A stretch of DNA of 64,000 nt. Origin: an uncultured Eubacteriales bacterium (GTDB lineage: Bacteria > Bacillota > Clostridia > Oscillospirales > Acutalibacteraceae). Location: positions 18,120 through 82,119 of the forward strand of contig CAKSQS010000005.1 of NCBI GenBank assembly GCA_934486705.1. Reading direction: 5' to 3'. Positions 1 through 9,375 of the stretch are shown here, in pieces. The position numbers and the translations under genes were made by a program. The number at the start of each line of letters is the position of its first letter. Positions within the stretch are counted from its first letter, which is position 1. The notes under the pieces were generated by a model. It was given only the letters and a program-made list of their open reading frames with translations, did no database searches and was not told the origin of the DNA.

Positions 1-38
1 GGCTGTTGAAAAGATGGGGAAATAAGGAGTAATAACTT

Positions 39-1907
39 TTGGGTATAAAAAAATATGCCGCAGGGGAATATGACGTTGCGGTTATAGGCGGGGGTCACGC
101 AGGAATTGAGGCGGCTCTCGCGGCGGCTCGGCTCGGCTGCAAAGCAATTATGTTTACAATAAGCGTTGACTGGATTGGCAATATGCCCTGTAACCCCTCA
201 ATAGGCGGCACGGCAAAGGGTCACCTTGTAAGGGAGATTGACGCGCTGGGCGGCGAAATGGGCAGGGCGGCGGATAAAAACACGCTGCAAAGCCGTATGC
301 TGAACCGCGGCAAAGGTCCTGCGGTGCATTCTTTGCGCGCGCAAATTGACCGCCGCGCTTACAGCGGTTATATGAAACACACGGTAGAATTACAGGAAAA
401 TCTTGACGTTAAGCAATGCGAGATAACCGATATATATTCAGATAACGGCATATGGCACTGCATAACAAAGTTAGGCGCGGATTTTTCCTGCCGCACGGTA
501 GTGCTTGCAACGGGAACATTTCTTGCGGGCAGGGTATATGTGGGCGAAGTGAACTATCCGTCAGGTCCGGACGGCAATTTTCCCGCTACCGATTTAAGCC
601 TTGCGCTTAAAAAATTGGGTTTGCCGCTGCGCCGCTTTAAAACGGGAACGCCCGCGCGCGTGCTTAAAAGCAGCATAGATTTTTCAAATACAGAGGTGCA
701 AGAGGGCGATGAAACGGTTACGCCATTCAGCTTTTCAACCGATACCCCGCCCGAAAACAGCGTTGTTTGCCATATGGCATACACAAACGATGAAACAAAG
801 CGGGTAATACTTGAAAATATTAACCGCTCGCCGCTGTATGCGGGCGTTATTGAGGGGGTAGGCCCGCGCTACTGCCCGAGCATTGAGGATAAAATCGTTC
901 GCTTTGCGGATAAAAAGCGCCACCAATTTTTCATTGAGCCGTGCGGCGCTGAAACCGAGGAAATGTATTTGCAGGGAATGTCTTCATCATTGCCCGAAGA
1001 GGTGCAGACGGCGTTTTACAAGACTATACCCTGCCTTAAAAACGTTAAAATAATACGCAACGCCTACGCTATTGAGTACGATTGCATAGACCCGCTTGCA
1101 ATGCGCGCAACTCTTGAAATGAAAAATTATCCCGGGCTTTACGGCGCGGGGCAGTTTAACGGCTCTTCGGGGTATGAAGAGGCGGCGGCGCAGGGGCTTG
1201 TTGCGGGAATAAACGCGGCGTTAAAGGTTAAAGGGGAAGAGCCGCTTGTGCTTTCCCGCGCTTCATCTTATATAGGAACGCTGATAGATGACCTTGTAAC
1301 CAAGGGCTGCTCCGACCCCTACCGTATGATGACCTCGCGCAGCGAATACAGGCTGCTTTTGCGGCAGGATAACGCCGACGAGCGCCTTATGCCGATAGGG
1401 CACAAATTGGGACTTGTAGACGACGGCGTATATTCGGCATTTTTAAAGCGCGAAGAGCAAAAAACGGCGGAAATCACGCGCTTAAACACAGTATTTTTAG
1501 CACCCGGCGAAGAAATAAACGCGCTGCTTGAAAATGCGGGCACTGCGCCGCTTACTACGGGCATACGTCTGTCCGAGCTGATAAAGCGCCCGCAGATAAG
1601 CTATGATATGTTAGCCCCGTTTGATAAGGAAAGACCGTCTCTTTCACGCAGCGTGCGTGAAAAGGTTGAGGTGGAAATAAAGTACGAGGGCTACATAGCG
1701 CGGCAAAAGGCGCAGGTAAACGAAATGCTGCGGCTTGAGGGTAAGAAAATTCCCGAAAATATAGATTATAACGACGTTTACGGCTTGAGGCTTGAGGCAA
1801 GAGAAAAGCTTGATAAGGTGCGCCCGACGGATATAGGTCAGGCTTCCCGCATTTCGGGGGTAAGCCCTGCGGACGTTTCGGTGCTGCTTATATATCTTTC
1901 AAAATAA
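39..1907 (+). CDS. mnmG: tRNA uridine 5-carboxymethylaminomethyl modification enzyme MnmG (GidA)
   Basis: 622-aa ORF. N-terminal FAD fold VAVIGGGHAGIEAALAAARLG, conserved GPRYCPSIEDK, and C-terminal GQASRISGVSPADVSVLLIYL typical of GidA/MnmG. Confidence 0.95.
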   Translation: MGIKKYAAGEYDVAVIGGGHAGIEAALAAARLGCKAIMFTISVDWIGNMPCNPSIGGTAKGHLVREIDALGGEMGRAADKNTLQSRMLNRGKGPAVHSLRAQIDRRAYSGYMKHTVELQENLDVKQCEITDIYSDNGIWHCITKLGADFSCRTVVLATGTFLAGRVYVGEVNYPSGPDGNFPATDLSLALKKLGLPLRRFKTGTPARVLKSSIDFSNTEVQEGDETVTPFSFSTDTPPENSVVCHMAYTNDETKRVILENINRSPLYAGVIEGVGPRYCPSIEDKIVRFADKKRHQFFIEPCGAETEEMYLQGMSSSLPEEVQTAFYKTIPCLKNVKIIRNAYAIEYDCIDPLAMRATLEMKNYPGLYGAGQFNGSSGYEEAAAQGLVAGINAALKVKGEEPLVLSRASSYIGTLIDDLVTKGCSDPYRMMTSRSEYRLLLRQDNADERLMPIGHKLGLVDDGVYSAFLKREEQKTAEITRLNTVFLAPGEEINALLENAGTAPLTTGIRLSELIKRPQISYDMLAPFDKERPSLSRSVREKVEVEIKYEGYIARQKAQVNEMLRLEGKKIPENIDYNDVYGLRLEAREKLDKVRPTDIGQASRISGVSPADVSVLLIYLSK

Positions 1908-1920
1908 GGGGTTTTAATTT

Positions 1921-2574
1921 ATGCTGAAAAAGGGTAAACTTTATATAATAGGGGATAGCTACTCAACCTTTGAGGGCTGCATACCCGAGGGCTTTGCCGC
2001 ATGGTATTATTCGGGCGGGACTGACGCTACCGACGTTACCGAAAAAACCGAAACATGGTGGCATATGTTAATAAGCAAAACGGGTATGCCGCTGCTTTTA
2101 AACAACAGCTGGTCGGGCACTACAATATGCAATACCACTTATGACGGCGCGTATTGCCCCGATACCTCGTTTATAGGCAGATTTGATAAGGCGGCGGCGG
2201 AGCTTGCGAAAAATCCGCCCGAGGTGCTCATTATTTTCGGCGGCACAAACGACAGCTGGTCGGGCGCGCCTGTGGGAAAACTGCAGTGGGAAGACTGGAC
2301 AGACGAGGATTTGAAAAAGGTGCTGCCCGCGTTTTGCTATTTGCTTTGCAGGGTGAAAAAAGTGCTGCCGAAAACGCAGACGGCGGTAATAATAAACACC
2401 GAGTTAAACCCTGAAATTGAAAGCGGACTGGCAGCCGCCTGCGAAAAGCAGGGAACGGAATATATTAAGCTTGAAAATATAAGCAAGCAGAACGGTCACC
2501 CCGATAAAGAGGGTATGAAGCAGATATGCAGTCAGGTTTTAAAGCATTTTTATAAAAAGGAAGAATTGATATGA
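1921..2574 (+). CDS. SGNH/GDSL-type hydrolase
   Basis: Block I motif LYIIGDSYS near the N-terminus and block III GGTNDSW. Size (217 aa) fits the family. Confidence 0.6.
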   Translation: MLKKGKLYIIGDSYSTFEGCIPEGFAAWYYSGGTDATDVTEKTETWWHMLISKTGMPLLLNNSWSGTTICNTTYDGAYCPDTSFIGRFDKAAAELAKNPPEVLIIFGGTNDSWSGAPVGKLQWEDWTDEDLKKVLPAFCYLLCRVKKVLPKTQTAVIINTELNPEIESGLAAACEKQGTEYIKLENISKQNGHPDKEGMKQICSQVLKHFYKKEELI

Positions 2575-3425
2575 AGCTTTCGGAAATACATATACGCGAC
2601 CCGTTTATTCTGCCGTTTGAGGGGAAGTATTACCTATTCGGCTCGCCGGGTAAATATGCCTGGCAGGGGGCGGAGGGCTTTTGGTGTCATATATCCGAAG
2701 ACCTAAAAAACTGGTCTGAGCCGATAAAGTGCTTTGATATTCCCGAGGGCTTTTGGGCAACCGATAATTTCTGGGCGCCCGAGGTGCATTATTATAACGG
2801 GCGGTTTTATATGTTTGCATCCTTTATTGCAAAAGGTCATATGCGCGCGGTTCAGGTATTGGCATCCGATAAACCCGAAGGACCTTATGAAATTTGGAGC
2901 TGCCCGCTTACACCCAATGACTGGATGTGCCTTGACGGAACGCTTTATACGGAAAACGGAGTGCCTTATATGATATTCTGCCACGAATGGGCGCAGATCA
3001 CGGACGGCGAAATGTGTATGCTAAGACTTTCGGATGATTTAAAAAATCCTGTAGGACAGCCCAAGGTGCTTTTTAAAGCGTCAGAGCCTGAGTGGGCGTC
3101 TTCGAAAAAACACGGCGGCTTTATTACCGACGGTCCGTTTCTTCATAAATGCGCAGACGGAAGACTGATAATGATATGGTCAAGCTTTGATGAAAACGGC
3201 TATGTTGAGGCGGTGACTTACTCTAAGGACGGCACGGTAAACGGAGAATGGGCACATTGCGAAAAAACAATGTCTGCCGTAAACGGCGGCCACGGAATGA
3301 TATTTAAAAGCTTTGACGGGAAATTGAATTTTGTAATGCATTATCCGAACGAGCCTTACGGCGCGGAGAGAGCTAAAATAACGGAGATTAAAGAAATCTC
3401 TGAAGAGCCGTATCTTTGCGTATAA
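2571..3425 (+). CDS. glycoside hydrolase family 43 protein (xylosidase/arabinofuranosidase-like)
   Basis: IRDPFILPFEGKYYLFGS, WAPEVHYYNGRFYMF and CLDGTLY blocks match the GH43 five-bladed propeller signature. 4-nt overlap with the upstream gene. Confidence 0.75.
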   Translation: MKLSEIHIRDPFILPFEGKYYLFGSPGKYAWQGAEGFWCHISEDLKNWSEPIKCFDIPEGFWATDNFWAPEVHYYNGRFYMFASFIAKGHMRAVQVLASDKPEGPYEIWSCPLTPNDWMCLDGTLYTENGVPYMIFCHEWAQITDGEMCMLRLSDDLKNPVGQPKVLFKASEPEWASSKKHGGFITDGPFLHKCADGRLIMIWSSFDENGYVEAVTYSKDGTVNGEWAHCEKTMSAVNGGHGMIFKSFDGKLNFVMHYPNEPYGAERAKITEIKEISEEPYLCV

Positions 3426-3474
3426 TAATTATTTAAAAATGCACATTATTTATAAGGCATTAAAGGAGTAATAT

Positions 3475-5196
3475 ATGTTAAAGCTTTTGCGCCTTTTAAA
3501 AAATTATGAAAAAGAATGTATATTAGGACCGCTCATTAAGCTGATAGAGGTTATTTTTGAGCTTACCGTGCCGCTTGTCGTTGCGAAAATAATCGATAAC
3601 GGCATAACGGCGGGGGATAAGCCCTATATTTTAAAAATGTGCGGCGTGCTGGCGCTTTTTGCGGTCGGCGGGCTTTTATGCGCAATTGTGGCACAGTATT
3701 TTTCGGCAAAGGCGGCGGTGGGCTTTGCAACCGATATTCGCAGTAAGCTCTTTTCGCATATAGAAAAGCTTTCGTTTTCGCAGCTTGACTCGCTCGGCGC
3801 GTCAACCCTTATAACCAGGCTCACGGGGGATATTAACCAGGTGCAGACGGGTACAAACCTTACTCTGCGCCTTGTTTTGCGTTCGCCGTTTGTGGTTTTC
3901 GGCGCGGTTATAATGGCGTTTACCGTAGATCCCGGCTCGGCGGTGGTATTCACGGTTGCCGTGCCTGTGCTGGCGGCGGTTGTGTTTGCGGTAATGCTTG
4001 TTTGTATTCCGCTTTATAAAAAGGTGCAGCAGCGGTTGGACGGTCTGCTCGGAAAAACGCGCGAAAACCTGCTCGGCACGCGCGTTATAAGGGCTTTTTG
4101 CAAGGAAAATGAGGAAATCTCCGATTTTAACGCTAAAAACGAGCTTTTGAACAATATGCAAATAAAGGTCGGCAAAATATCGGCGATTATGAATCCTGCA
4201 ACCTTTGCGCTGGTAAATTTTGCGGTTATTGCGCTTATATACACGGGCGCTTTGCGCGTGGGCTCGGGCAAAATGAGCAGCGGCGACGTGGTAGCGCAGT
4301 ATAACTATATGTCGCAAATTTTAATTGAGCTTATAAAGCTTGCAAGCCTTATTATCAGCGTTACAAAATCGGTAGCCTGCGGCAACCGTATTCAGGCGGT
4401 GCTGGATATTAAGCCCGAAATGCAATCGGGCACTGTGACTGACGGCGAAAAGCAGGACTGCTCGGTTGAGTTTAAAAACGCTACACTTTCCTACGGCAGC
4501 GGCGAAAGCGCGCTTGACAGTATAAATTTAAAGCTTGAGCGCGGCAAGACCTACGGAATAATAGGGTCAACGGGTTCGGGAAAAACCTCGCTTATAAACC
4601 TTATTTCGAGGTTTTATGATGTGACGGACGGCAGCGTTTTGGTAGACGGGCAGGACGTAAGAGATTACGATATAAACGCTCTGCGCGCAAAAATAGGCGT
4701 TGTGCCGCAGAAAAAGGTGCTTTTTAAGGGCACTGTAAGAGATAATATTTTAATGGGCAACGAAAACGCGACCGACGAGGAAATCTGGCAGGCGCTGACA
4801 GCCGCACAGGCAAAAAATATGATTGAAGAAAAGCAAGGTCGGCTTGATTACGAGCTTGAGCAGGACGGCAGAAATCTATCGGGCGGGCAAAAGCAAAGGC
4901 TTACCATTGCGCGCGCACTTGTGCGCCGCCCCGAAATTTTAATACTTGATGATGCTTCAAGCGCCCTTGACTACGCAACAAGCGCCGCTTTGGATACGGC
5001 GCTGCGATCGCTTGAGTTTAAACCTACCGTAATAACCGTTTCGCAGCGCGTTTCGGCTATCAGGGGAGCCGATATGATAATAGTGCTTGACGAAGGGCAT
5101 ATAGCGGGCACGGGCACTGATAAAGAATTGAGAGAAAATTGCGAGGTATATAGGGAAATATGCGCGTCCCAGCCTGACGGGGAGGAAGAGCAATGA
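3475..5196 (+). CDS. ABC exporter, fused permease/ATPase (half-transporter 1 of a heterodimer)
   Basis: N-terminal 6-TM region, Walker A GSTGSGKTS, signature LSGGQKQR, Walker B ILILDDASSALD. Confidence 0.9.
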   Translation: MLKLLRLLKNYEKECILGPLIKLIEVIFELTVPLVVAKIIDNGITAGDKPYILKMCGVLALFAVGGLLCAIVAQYFSAKAAVGFATDIRSKLFSHIEKLSFSQLDSLGASTLITRLTGDINQVQTGTNLTLRLVLRSPFVVFGAVIMAFTVDPGSAVVFTVAVPVLAAVVFAVMLVCIPLYKKVQQRLDGLLGKTRENLLGTRVIRAFCKENEEISDFNAKNELLNNMQIKVGKISAIMNPATFALVNFAVIALIYTGALRVGSGKMSSGDVVAQYNYMSQILIELIKLASLIISVTKSVACGNRIQAVLDIKPEMQSGTVTDGEKQDCSVEFKNATLSYGSGESALDSINLKLERGKTYGIIGSTGSGKTSLINLISRFYDVTDGSVLVDGQDVRDYDINALRAKIGVVPQKKVLFKGTVRDNILMGNENATDEEIWQALTAAQAKNMIEEKQGRLDYELEQDGRNLSGGQKQRLTIARALVRRPEILILDDASSALDYATSAALDTALRSLEFKPTVITVSQRVSAIRGADMIIVLDEGHIAGTGTDKELRENCEVYREICASQPDGEEEQ

Positions 5197-6926
5197 AAAA
5201 CAGATCTGTTCTAATGCGGGTTGTATCGGATATAGGGCGGTCAAGAGCGCTTATAGCGGTTTCGCTGCTACTTTCTGCCGCAAGCGTGGTGTTTAACCTT
5301 TATATTCCCGTGCTGGCGGGCAACGCGATAGACGGTATGACGGGCGGCAAGGTAGATATGGCAGTAATTACGCCCGCACTTGTGAAAATTTTCATCTGCG
5401 CGGCGGCGGGAGGCATTTTGCAGTGGATAATGAGTATTATTAACAACAAAATTGCTTACGATACCGTTAAAAACATTCGCAGCCGCGCGTTCAGCCATAT
5501 ACAAAGGCTGCCCGTGGCGTATATCGACAGCCACCCCTACGGCGATATTGTAAGCCGCGTTATAGCCGACGCCGAGCAATTTGCCGACGGGCTGATTTTA
5601 GGCTTTTCGCAGCTTTTTATGGGCGTTATAACAATAGCCGTAACGCTGATATTTATGCTGACGATTTCCCCCGTAATAACCCTTATTGTGGTGGTGCTCA
5701 CTCCGATTTCGCTTTTTACCGCGCGGTATATTGCTAAAAGCACCTATGATATGTTTAAAAAGCAGAGCGAGACACGCGGCGAGCAGACCGCGCTTATAAA
5801 CGAAATGATTCAGAACCAAAAAACCGTTCAGGCGTTTTCCTATGAAAAAAGGGCGAACGACAGGTTCGGCGAGGTAAACGAGCGGCTAAGAAAATATTCG
5901 CTGCGCGCGGTGTTCTTTTCATCCCTCACCAACCCCACAACGCGGTTTATAAATAACCTTATTTATGCAGCGGTGGGGCTTTCGGGCGGATTTTTCGCAA
6001 TAAAGGGTATGCTCACGGTAGGCGGATTTGCAAGCTTTTTAGCCTATTCAAACCAGTATACAAAGCCGTTTAACGAAATATCGGGCGTTGTAACCGAGCT
6101 GCAAAACGCCCTTGCCTGCGCCGCACGGCTTTTTGAGCTGATTGATGAAACGCCGGAAATTTCGGACGATGGCAGCGCAGAGCTTGAAAACCCGCGCGGT
6201 GACGTTTCGTTCAATGATGTTGCCTTCTCTTATAATAAAGATAAAAAATTCATAAGCGGCTTTAATTTTTCTGCCCCTGCGGGCAAAAAAATAGCCGTGG
6301 TAGGTCCTACGGGGTGCGGCAAAACCACGCTTATAAATCTGCTTTTAAGGTTTTACGATGTTGACGGCGGCTCAATCACCGTGGACGGAACGGACATAAG
6401 AGACATTACCCGCCGCAGTCTGCGCGAGCATTTCGGAATGGTTTTGCAGGATACCTGGATTAAAAACGGCACGGTGCGGGAAAACATTGCTTTCGGCAAG
6501 GCAGACGCAACCGACGAGGAAATAACAGCCGCGGCAAAGGCGGCGCGCGCGCACGGGTTTATTAAAAGGCTTGAAAAGGGTTACGATACCGTTATTGCGG
6601 ACGACGGACTATCCGAGGGCGAACGCCAGCTTTTGTGCATAGCGCGCGTAATGCTTTTAAAGCCGCCCATGCTCATACTTGACGAGGCGACATCTTCAAT
6701 AGATACCCGCACCGAAATAAAGGTGCAGGACGCTTTCACGCGGCTTTTGGAGGGCAGAACCTCGTTTGTGGTGGCGCACAGGCTTTCAACCATACGCGAT
6801 GCCGACTGCATACTCGTTATGAAGGACGGCAGGGTTTACGAGCAGGGCAAGCATGAGGAGCTGCTCAAAAAGAACGGTTTTTACGCGGAATTATATAACA
6901 GCCAGTTTGCGCATAAAAATATATAG
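5193..6926 (+). CDS. ABC exporter, fused permease/ATPase (half-transporter 2)
   Basis: Walker A GPTGCGKTT, signature LSEGERQL, Walker B LILDEATSSID. 4-nt overlap with the previous ABC gene. Confidence 0.9.
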   Translation: MKNRSVLMRVVSDIGRSRALIAVSLLLSAASVVFNLYIPVLAGNAIDGMTGGKVDMAVITPALVKIFICAAAGGILQWIMSIINNKIAYDTVKNIRSRAFSHIQRLPVAYIDSHPYGDIVSRVIADAEQFADGLILGFSQLFMGVITIAVTLIFMLTISPVITLIVVVLTPISLFTARYIAKSTYDMFKKQSETRGEQTALINEMIQNQKTVQAFSYEKRANDRFGEVNERLRKYSLRAVFFSSLTNPTTRFINNLIYAAVGLSGGFFAIKGMLTVGGFASFLAYSNQYTKPFNEISGVVTELQNALACAARLFELIDETPEISDDGSAELENPRGDVSFNDVAFSYNKDKKFISGFNFSAPAGKKIAVVGPTGCGKTTLINLLLRFYDVDGGSITVDGTDIRDITRRSLREHFGMVLQDTWIKNGTVRENIAFGKADATDEEITAAAKAARAHGFIKRLEKGYDTVIADDGLSEGERQLLCIARVMLLKPPMLILDEATSSIDTRTEIKVQDAFTRLLEGRTSFVVAHRLSTIRDADCILVMKDGRVYEQGKHEELLKKNGFYAELYNSQFAHKNI

Positions 6927-6950
6927 ACAGTGTTTTAAGGGGTTGAGGGA

Positions 6951-7562
6951 ATGAAAAAAACGAGAGTTCTTGTATTAAGTGCTCTTATAGCTTTGCTGCC
7001 TTGCGGCTGTACGACATACTGCTATGACGATACCGTAAGCGATATGAATATTATGTACGGCAGCTACTTTATGTTCTTTTTAAAATACAATCCCGACGGC
7101 GCGGCGGTATCCTATTATACATGGGACGGCGACCCCGAAAAAACCGATATAGTTATTCCCGAAAAATACGGCAGGCAAAAGATAAAATGCCTCGGCGGTT
7201 ATTGGGGCAAAGGTGCGCCTTCGCCGTTTTTTATAGATTGCGATTCTTATCTCGGTATAAAGAGCGATGTGGACGAAGAGGGAGAAAGTATGACCTTCTC
7301 AATGGACGCGTCAATGATCGAGCCGAGCACAAGGGTTATATATACCGATTTCACTATACATTTAAGCAAATATATCGAGAAGATATATGCCCGTGCGGAC
7401 GTGACCGAATATACGGTTGGCGGCGAGAAAATTGCATATTGCCCGCGGGTGAGAATTATTTGCGATGAGGATAACAAGACCTTTTATTCAAAGGATGGGA
7501 AGCTTTATTACCGACAGGATGATACGCTTGTAGACGGTTTCTTCTACGGGGACGAACAGTAA
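6951..7562 (+). CDS. putative lipoprotein, unknown function
   Basis: Signal peptide MKKTRVLVLSALIALLPCGC with a lipobox-like LLPC. No recognisable catalytic motif. Confidence 0.45.
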   Translation: MKKTRVLVLSALIALLPCGCTTYCYDDTVSDMNIMYGSYFMFFLKYNPDGAAVSYYTWDGDPEKTDIVIPEKYGRQKIKCLGGYWGKGAPSPFFIDCDSYLGIKSDVDEEGESMTFSMDASMIEPSTRVIYTDFTIHLSKYIEKIYARADVTEYTVGGEKIAYCPRVRIICDEDNKTFYSKDGKLYYRQDDTLVDGFFYGDEQ

Positions 7563-7596
7563 AAGCAATGTGCTTGCAGGTTCTCTTAATTTTTTC

Positions 7597-7625
7597 TTGA
7601 CAAATAAAGGAGCTTGTGCTAAAAT
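7597..7625 (+). promoter_or_regulatory. sigma-A type promoter of the rplU operon
   Basis: TTGACA (7597-7602), 17-nt spacer, TAAAAT (7620-7625). Confidence 0.55.
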
Positions 7626-7712
7626 GGTAAAGCCGCATATTGTGGGCTTTGTAAGCTGCGCTTTCGCGCACGCCTACCGTAGCGAGACTGGAATTTGGCA
7701 GGTGTAATAAAA
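7626..7712 (+). promoter_or_regulatory. structured 5' leader of rplU (possible L21-type ribosomal leader)
   Basis: ~85-nt untranslated leader containing hairpins AAAGCC/GGCTTT and TGCGC-tttc-GCGCA. Position matches Firmicutes L21 leaders. Family identity was not verified. Confidence 0.3.
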
Positions 7713-8018
7713 ATGTATGCAATTATCGAAACAGGCGGAAAGCAGTACCGTGTTCAGACCGGCGACGTAATTTATGTTGAGAAGCTTAACGCCGCGGCTG
7801 ATGAGGAGATCACCTTTGACAAGGTTGTTGCCGTTTGCAACAAGACATTAAAGGTTGGTAAGCCTTATGTAAAGGACGCTTTCGTTAAGGGTACCGTTCT
7901 TAAAAACGGCAAGGGTAAGAAAATAACCGTATTTACTTACAAGCCGAAGAAGAGCAGCTCCCGCAAGATGGGTCACAGACAGCCCTATACCAAGGTACAG
8001 ATCGGCGAAATAGGCTGA
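7713..8018 (+). CDS. rplU: 50S ribosomal protein L21
   Basis: [14 protein letters not shown]... is the canonical L21 N-terminus. The track ORF starts 18 nt earlier at 7695; the ATG at 7713 is preferred. Confidence 0.95.
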   Translation: MYAIIETGGKQYRVQTGDVIYVEKLNAAADEEITFDKVVAVCNKTLKVGKPYVKDAFVKGTVLKNGKGKKITVFTYKPKKSSSRKMGHRQPYTKVQIGEIG

Positions 8019-8020
8019 TT

Positions 8021-8341
8021 ATGACTAAGGTTAGGTTTTTTGCCGACGAAAATGGGCTTTACGGCTTTGAAATAAAGGGTCACAGTTCAAAAAACTGCGA
8101 TGACGAGCTCGGCAAAATTATTTGCGCGGCGGTTTCCTCCGCGGCGTATATGGCGGCTAATACCGTAACCGAAATAATAGGCGATAAAGCGGCGGCTGAC
8201 GTATCGGACGGCACTATGCGCTTTGAGGTTACAACCCCCTGTGATAAAACCCGCGCGGTTTTAGAGGGGCTGCGGCTGCATTTAGGCGAGCTGTCGGCAG
8301 AGTACGGCAGCAATATCGTAATTATCGGAGGTGCAGATTGA
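8021..8341 (+). CDS. prp: ribosomal-processing cysteine protease Prp
   Basis: 106-aa ORF between rplU and rpmA with a GHS...CAAVSSAAY His/Cys dyad pattern. Confidence 0.85.
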   Translation: MTKVRFFADENGLYGFEIKGHSSKNCDDELGKIICAAVSSAAYMAANTVTEIIGDKAAADVSDGTMRFEVTTPCDKTRAVLEGLRLHLGELSAEYGSNIVIIGGAD

Positions 8342-8625
8342 TGTTAAAGATAAATATACAGTTATTCGCTCATAAAAAAGGTATGGGTTCTACCAAGAAC
8401 GGTCGTGACAGTGAGTCAAAGCGTCTCGGCGTTAAGCGCGCGGACGGTCAGTTCGTTTTGGCGGGCAACATCCTCGTTCGTCAAAGAGGAACTCACATTC
8501 ACGCCGGCAACAACGTAGGCCGCGGATCGGACGACACTCTGTTCGCTTTGGTGGACGGCAAGGTTAAGTTCGAGCGCGTAGGCAGAGACCGCAAGCAGGT
8601 CAGCATTTACGCTGTTGAGCAGTAA
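8338..8625 (+). CDS. rpmA: 50S ribosomal protein L27 with N-terminal propeptide
   Basis: [23 protein letters not shown] is the conserved L27 mature N-terminus. It is preceded by the Firmicutes-type extension [10 protein letters not shown], which Prp removes. Confidence 0.95.
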   Translation: MMLKINIQLFAHKKGMGSTKNGRDSESKRLGVKRADGQFVLAGNILVRQRGTHIHAGNNVGRGSDDTLFALVDGKVKFERVGRDRKQVSIYAVEQ

Positions 8626-8633
8626 GAAAAAGC

Positions 8634-8670
8634 AAATCCGGGCGGCGGCTGCTACCCGGGTTTATTTTTT
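8634..8670 (+). terminator. rho-independent terminator after rpmA
   Basis: AAATCCGGG (8634-8642) pairs with CCCGGGTTT (8655-8663), 9 bp with one U-G, followed by ATTTTTT. Confidence 0.7.
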
Positions 8671-8688
8671 AGAAAGGAAAGAAGATTT

Positions 8689-9078
8689 ATGAAGGTTTGT
8701 CATGTTTGCAAAGCCGAGTGCGATGACGCTGCGGAGCTTTGCCCGGTTTGCGGCGCCGACCTTACGGCGGAAATTACCGAGGAAGATGAAAAAGAGGAGA
8801 AAGTAATTAACAATCCGGTGCTTTTGGCAACGCTTGACGATGTTGTGTCGGCTGAAATACTGAAAGACCTGCTTACGGATGCGGGTATTCTTTACAGCAG
8901 CGATTCGGGAGAAGATGGCACAATGAAAGTAACCTTCGGCGGCTCGTTTGTGGCAGATGATATTTATGTTGACGAGCAGGATTTTGACGCGGCAAACGCG
9001 ATTTATGAGGAATTTTTAAATTCCGAGCCGCAGTTTGACGAAGAATTTTTTGAGGACGCGGAGAACGAAAACGAATGA
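8689..9078 (+). CDS. zinc-ribbon plus DUF2007-like small acidic protein
   Basis: N-terminal CHVCKAEC...CPVCG ribbon. The rest resembles the putative signal-transducing (DUF2007) fold (ILKDLLTDAGI). Acidic tail. Confidence 0.45.
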   Translation: MKVCHVCKAECDDAAELCPVCGADLTAEITEEDEKEEKVINNPVLLATLDDVVSAEILKDLLTDAGILYSSDSGEDGTMKVTFGGSFVADDIYVDEQDFDAANAIYEEFLNSEPQFDEEFFEDAENENE

Positions 9079-9374
9079 GCTTTTTTAAGTGGGGAAGAAA
9101 AAAGGAGACAGAGCCGGATGAAAACGAGCCGGTTTTGGCGGCGATAATTAAAAATCCCGTAACCTCGGAAATATTTCAGGACATACTAAAGGAGAACGGC
9201 ATACCGTTTATATGCCGTCAGGACGGCGCGGGCGGCTCTGTTAAGCTGCTTTTGGGCGCGGGAGTTGTGCCGGATAATATTTACGTTGCGGCGAAAAATT
9301 ACGAAACGGCAAGAGGACTTTACGAGGCATACCTGCAAACCGAGGTAGAGCCGGAAGAGGAAATAACAAAGTAA
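9075..9374 (+). CDS. DUF2007-like small protein
   Basis: Paralogous to the C-terminal part of the previous ORF (IFQDILKENGIPF, DNIYV). 4-nt overlap. Confidence 0.4.
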   Translation: MSFFKWGRKKETEPDENEPVLAAIIKNPVTSEIFQDILKENGIPFICRQDGAGGSVKLLLGAGVVPDNIYVAAKNYETARGLYEAYLQTEVEPEEEITK

Positions 9375-9375
9375 T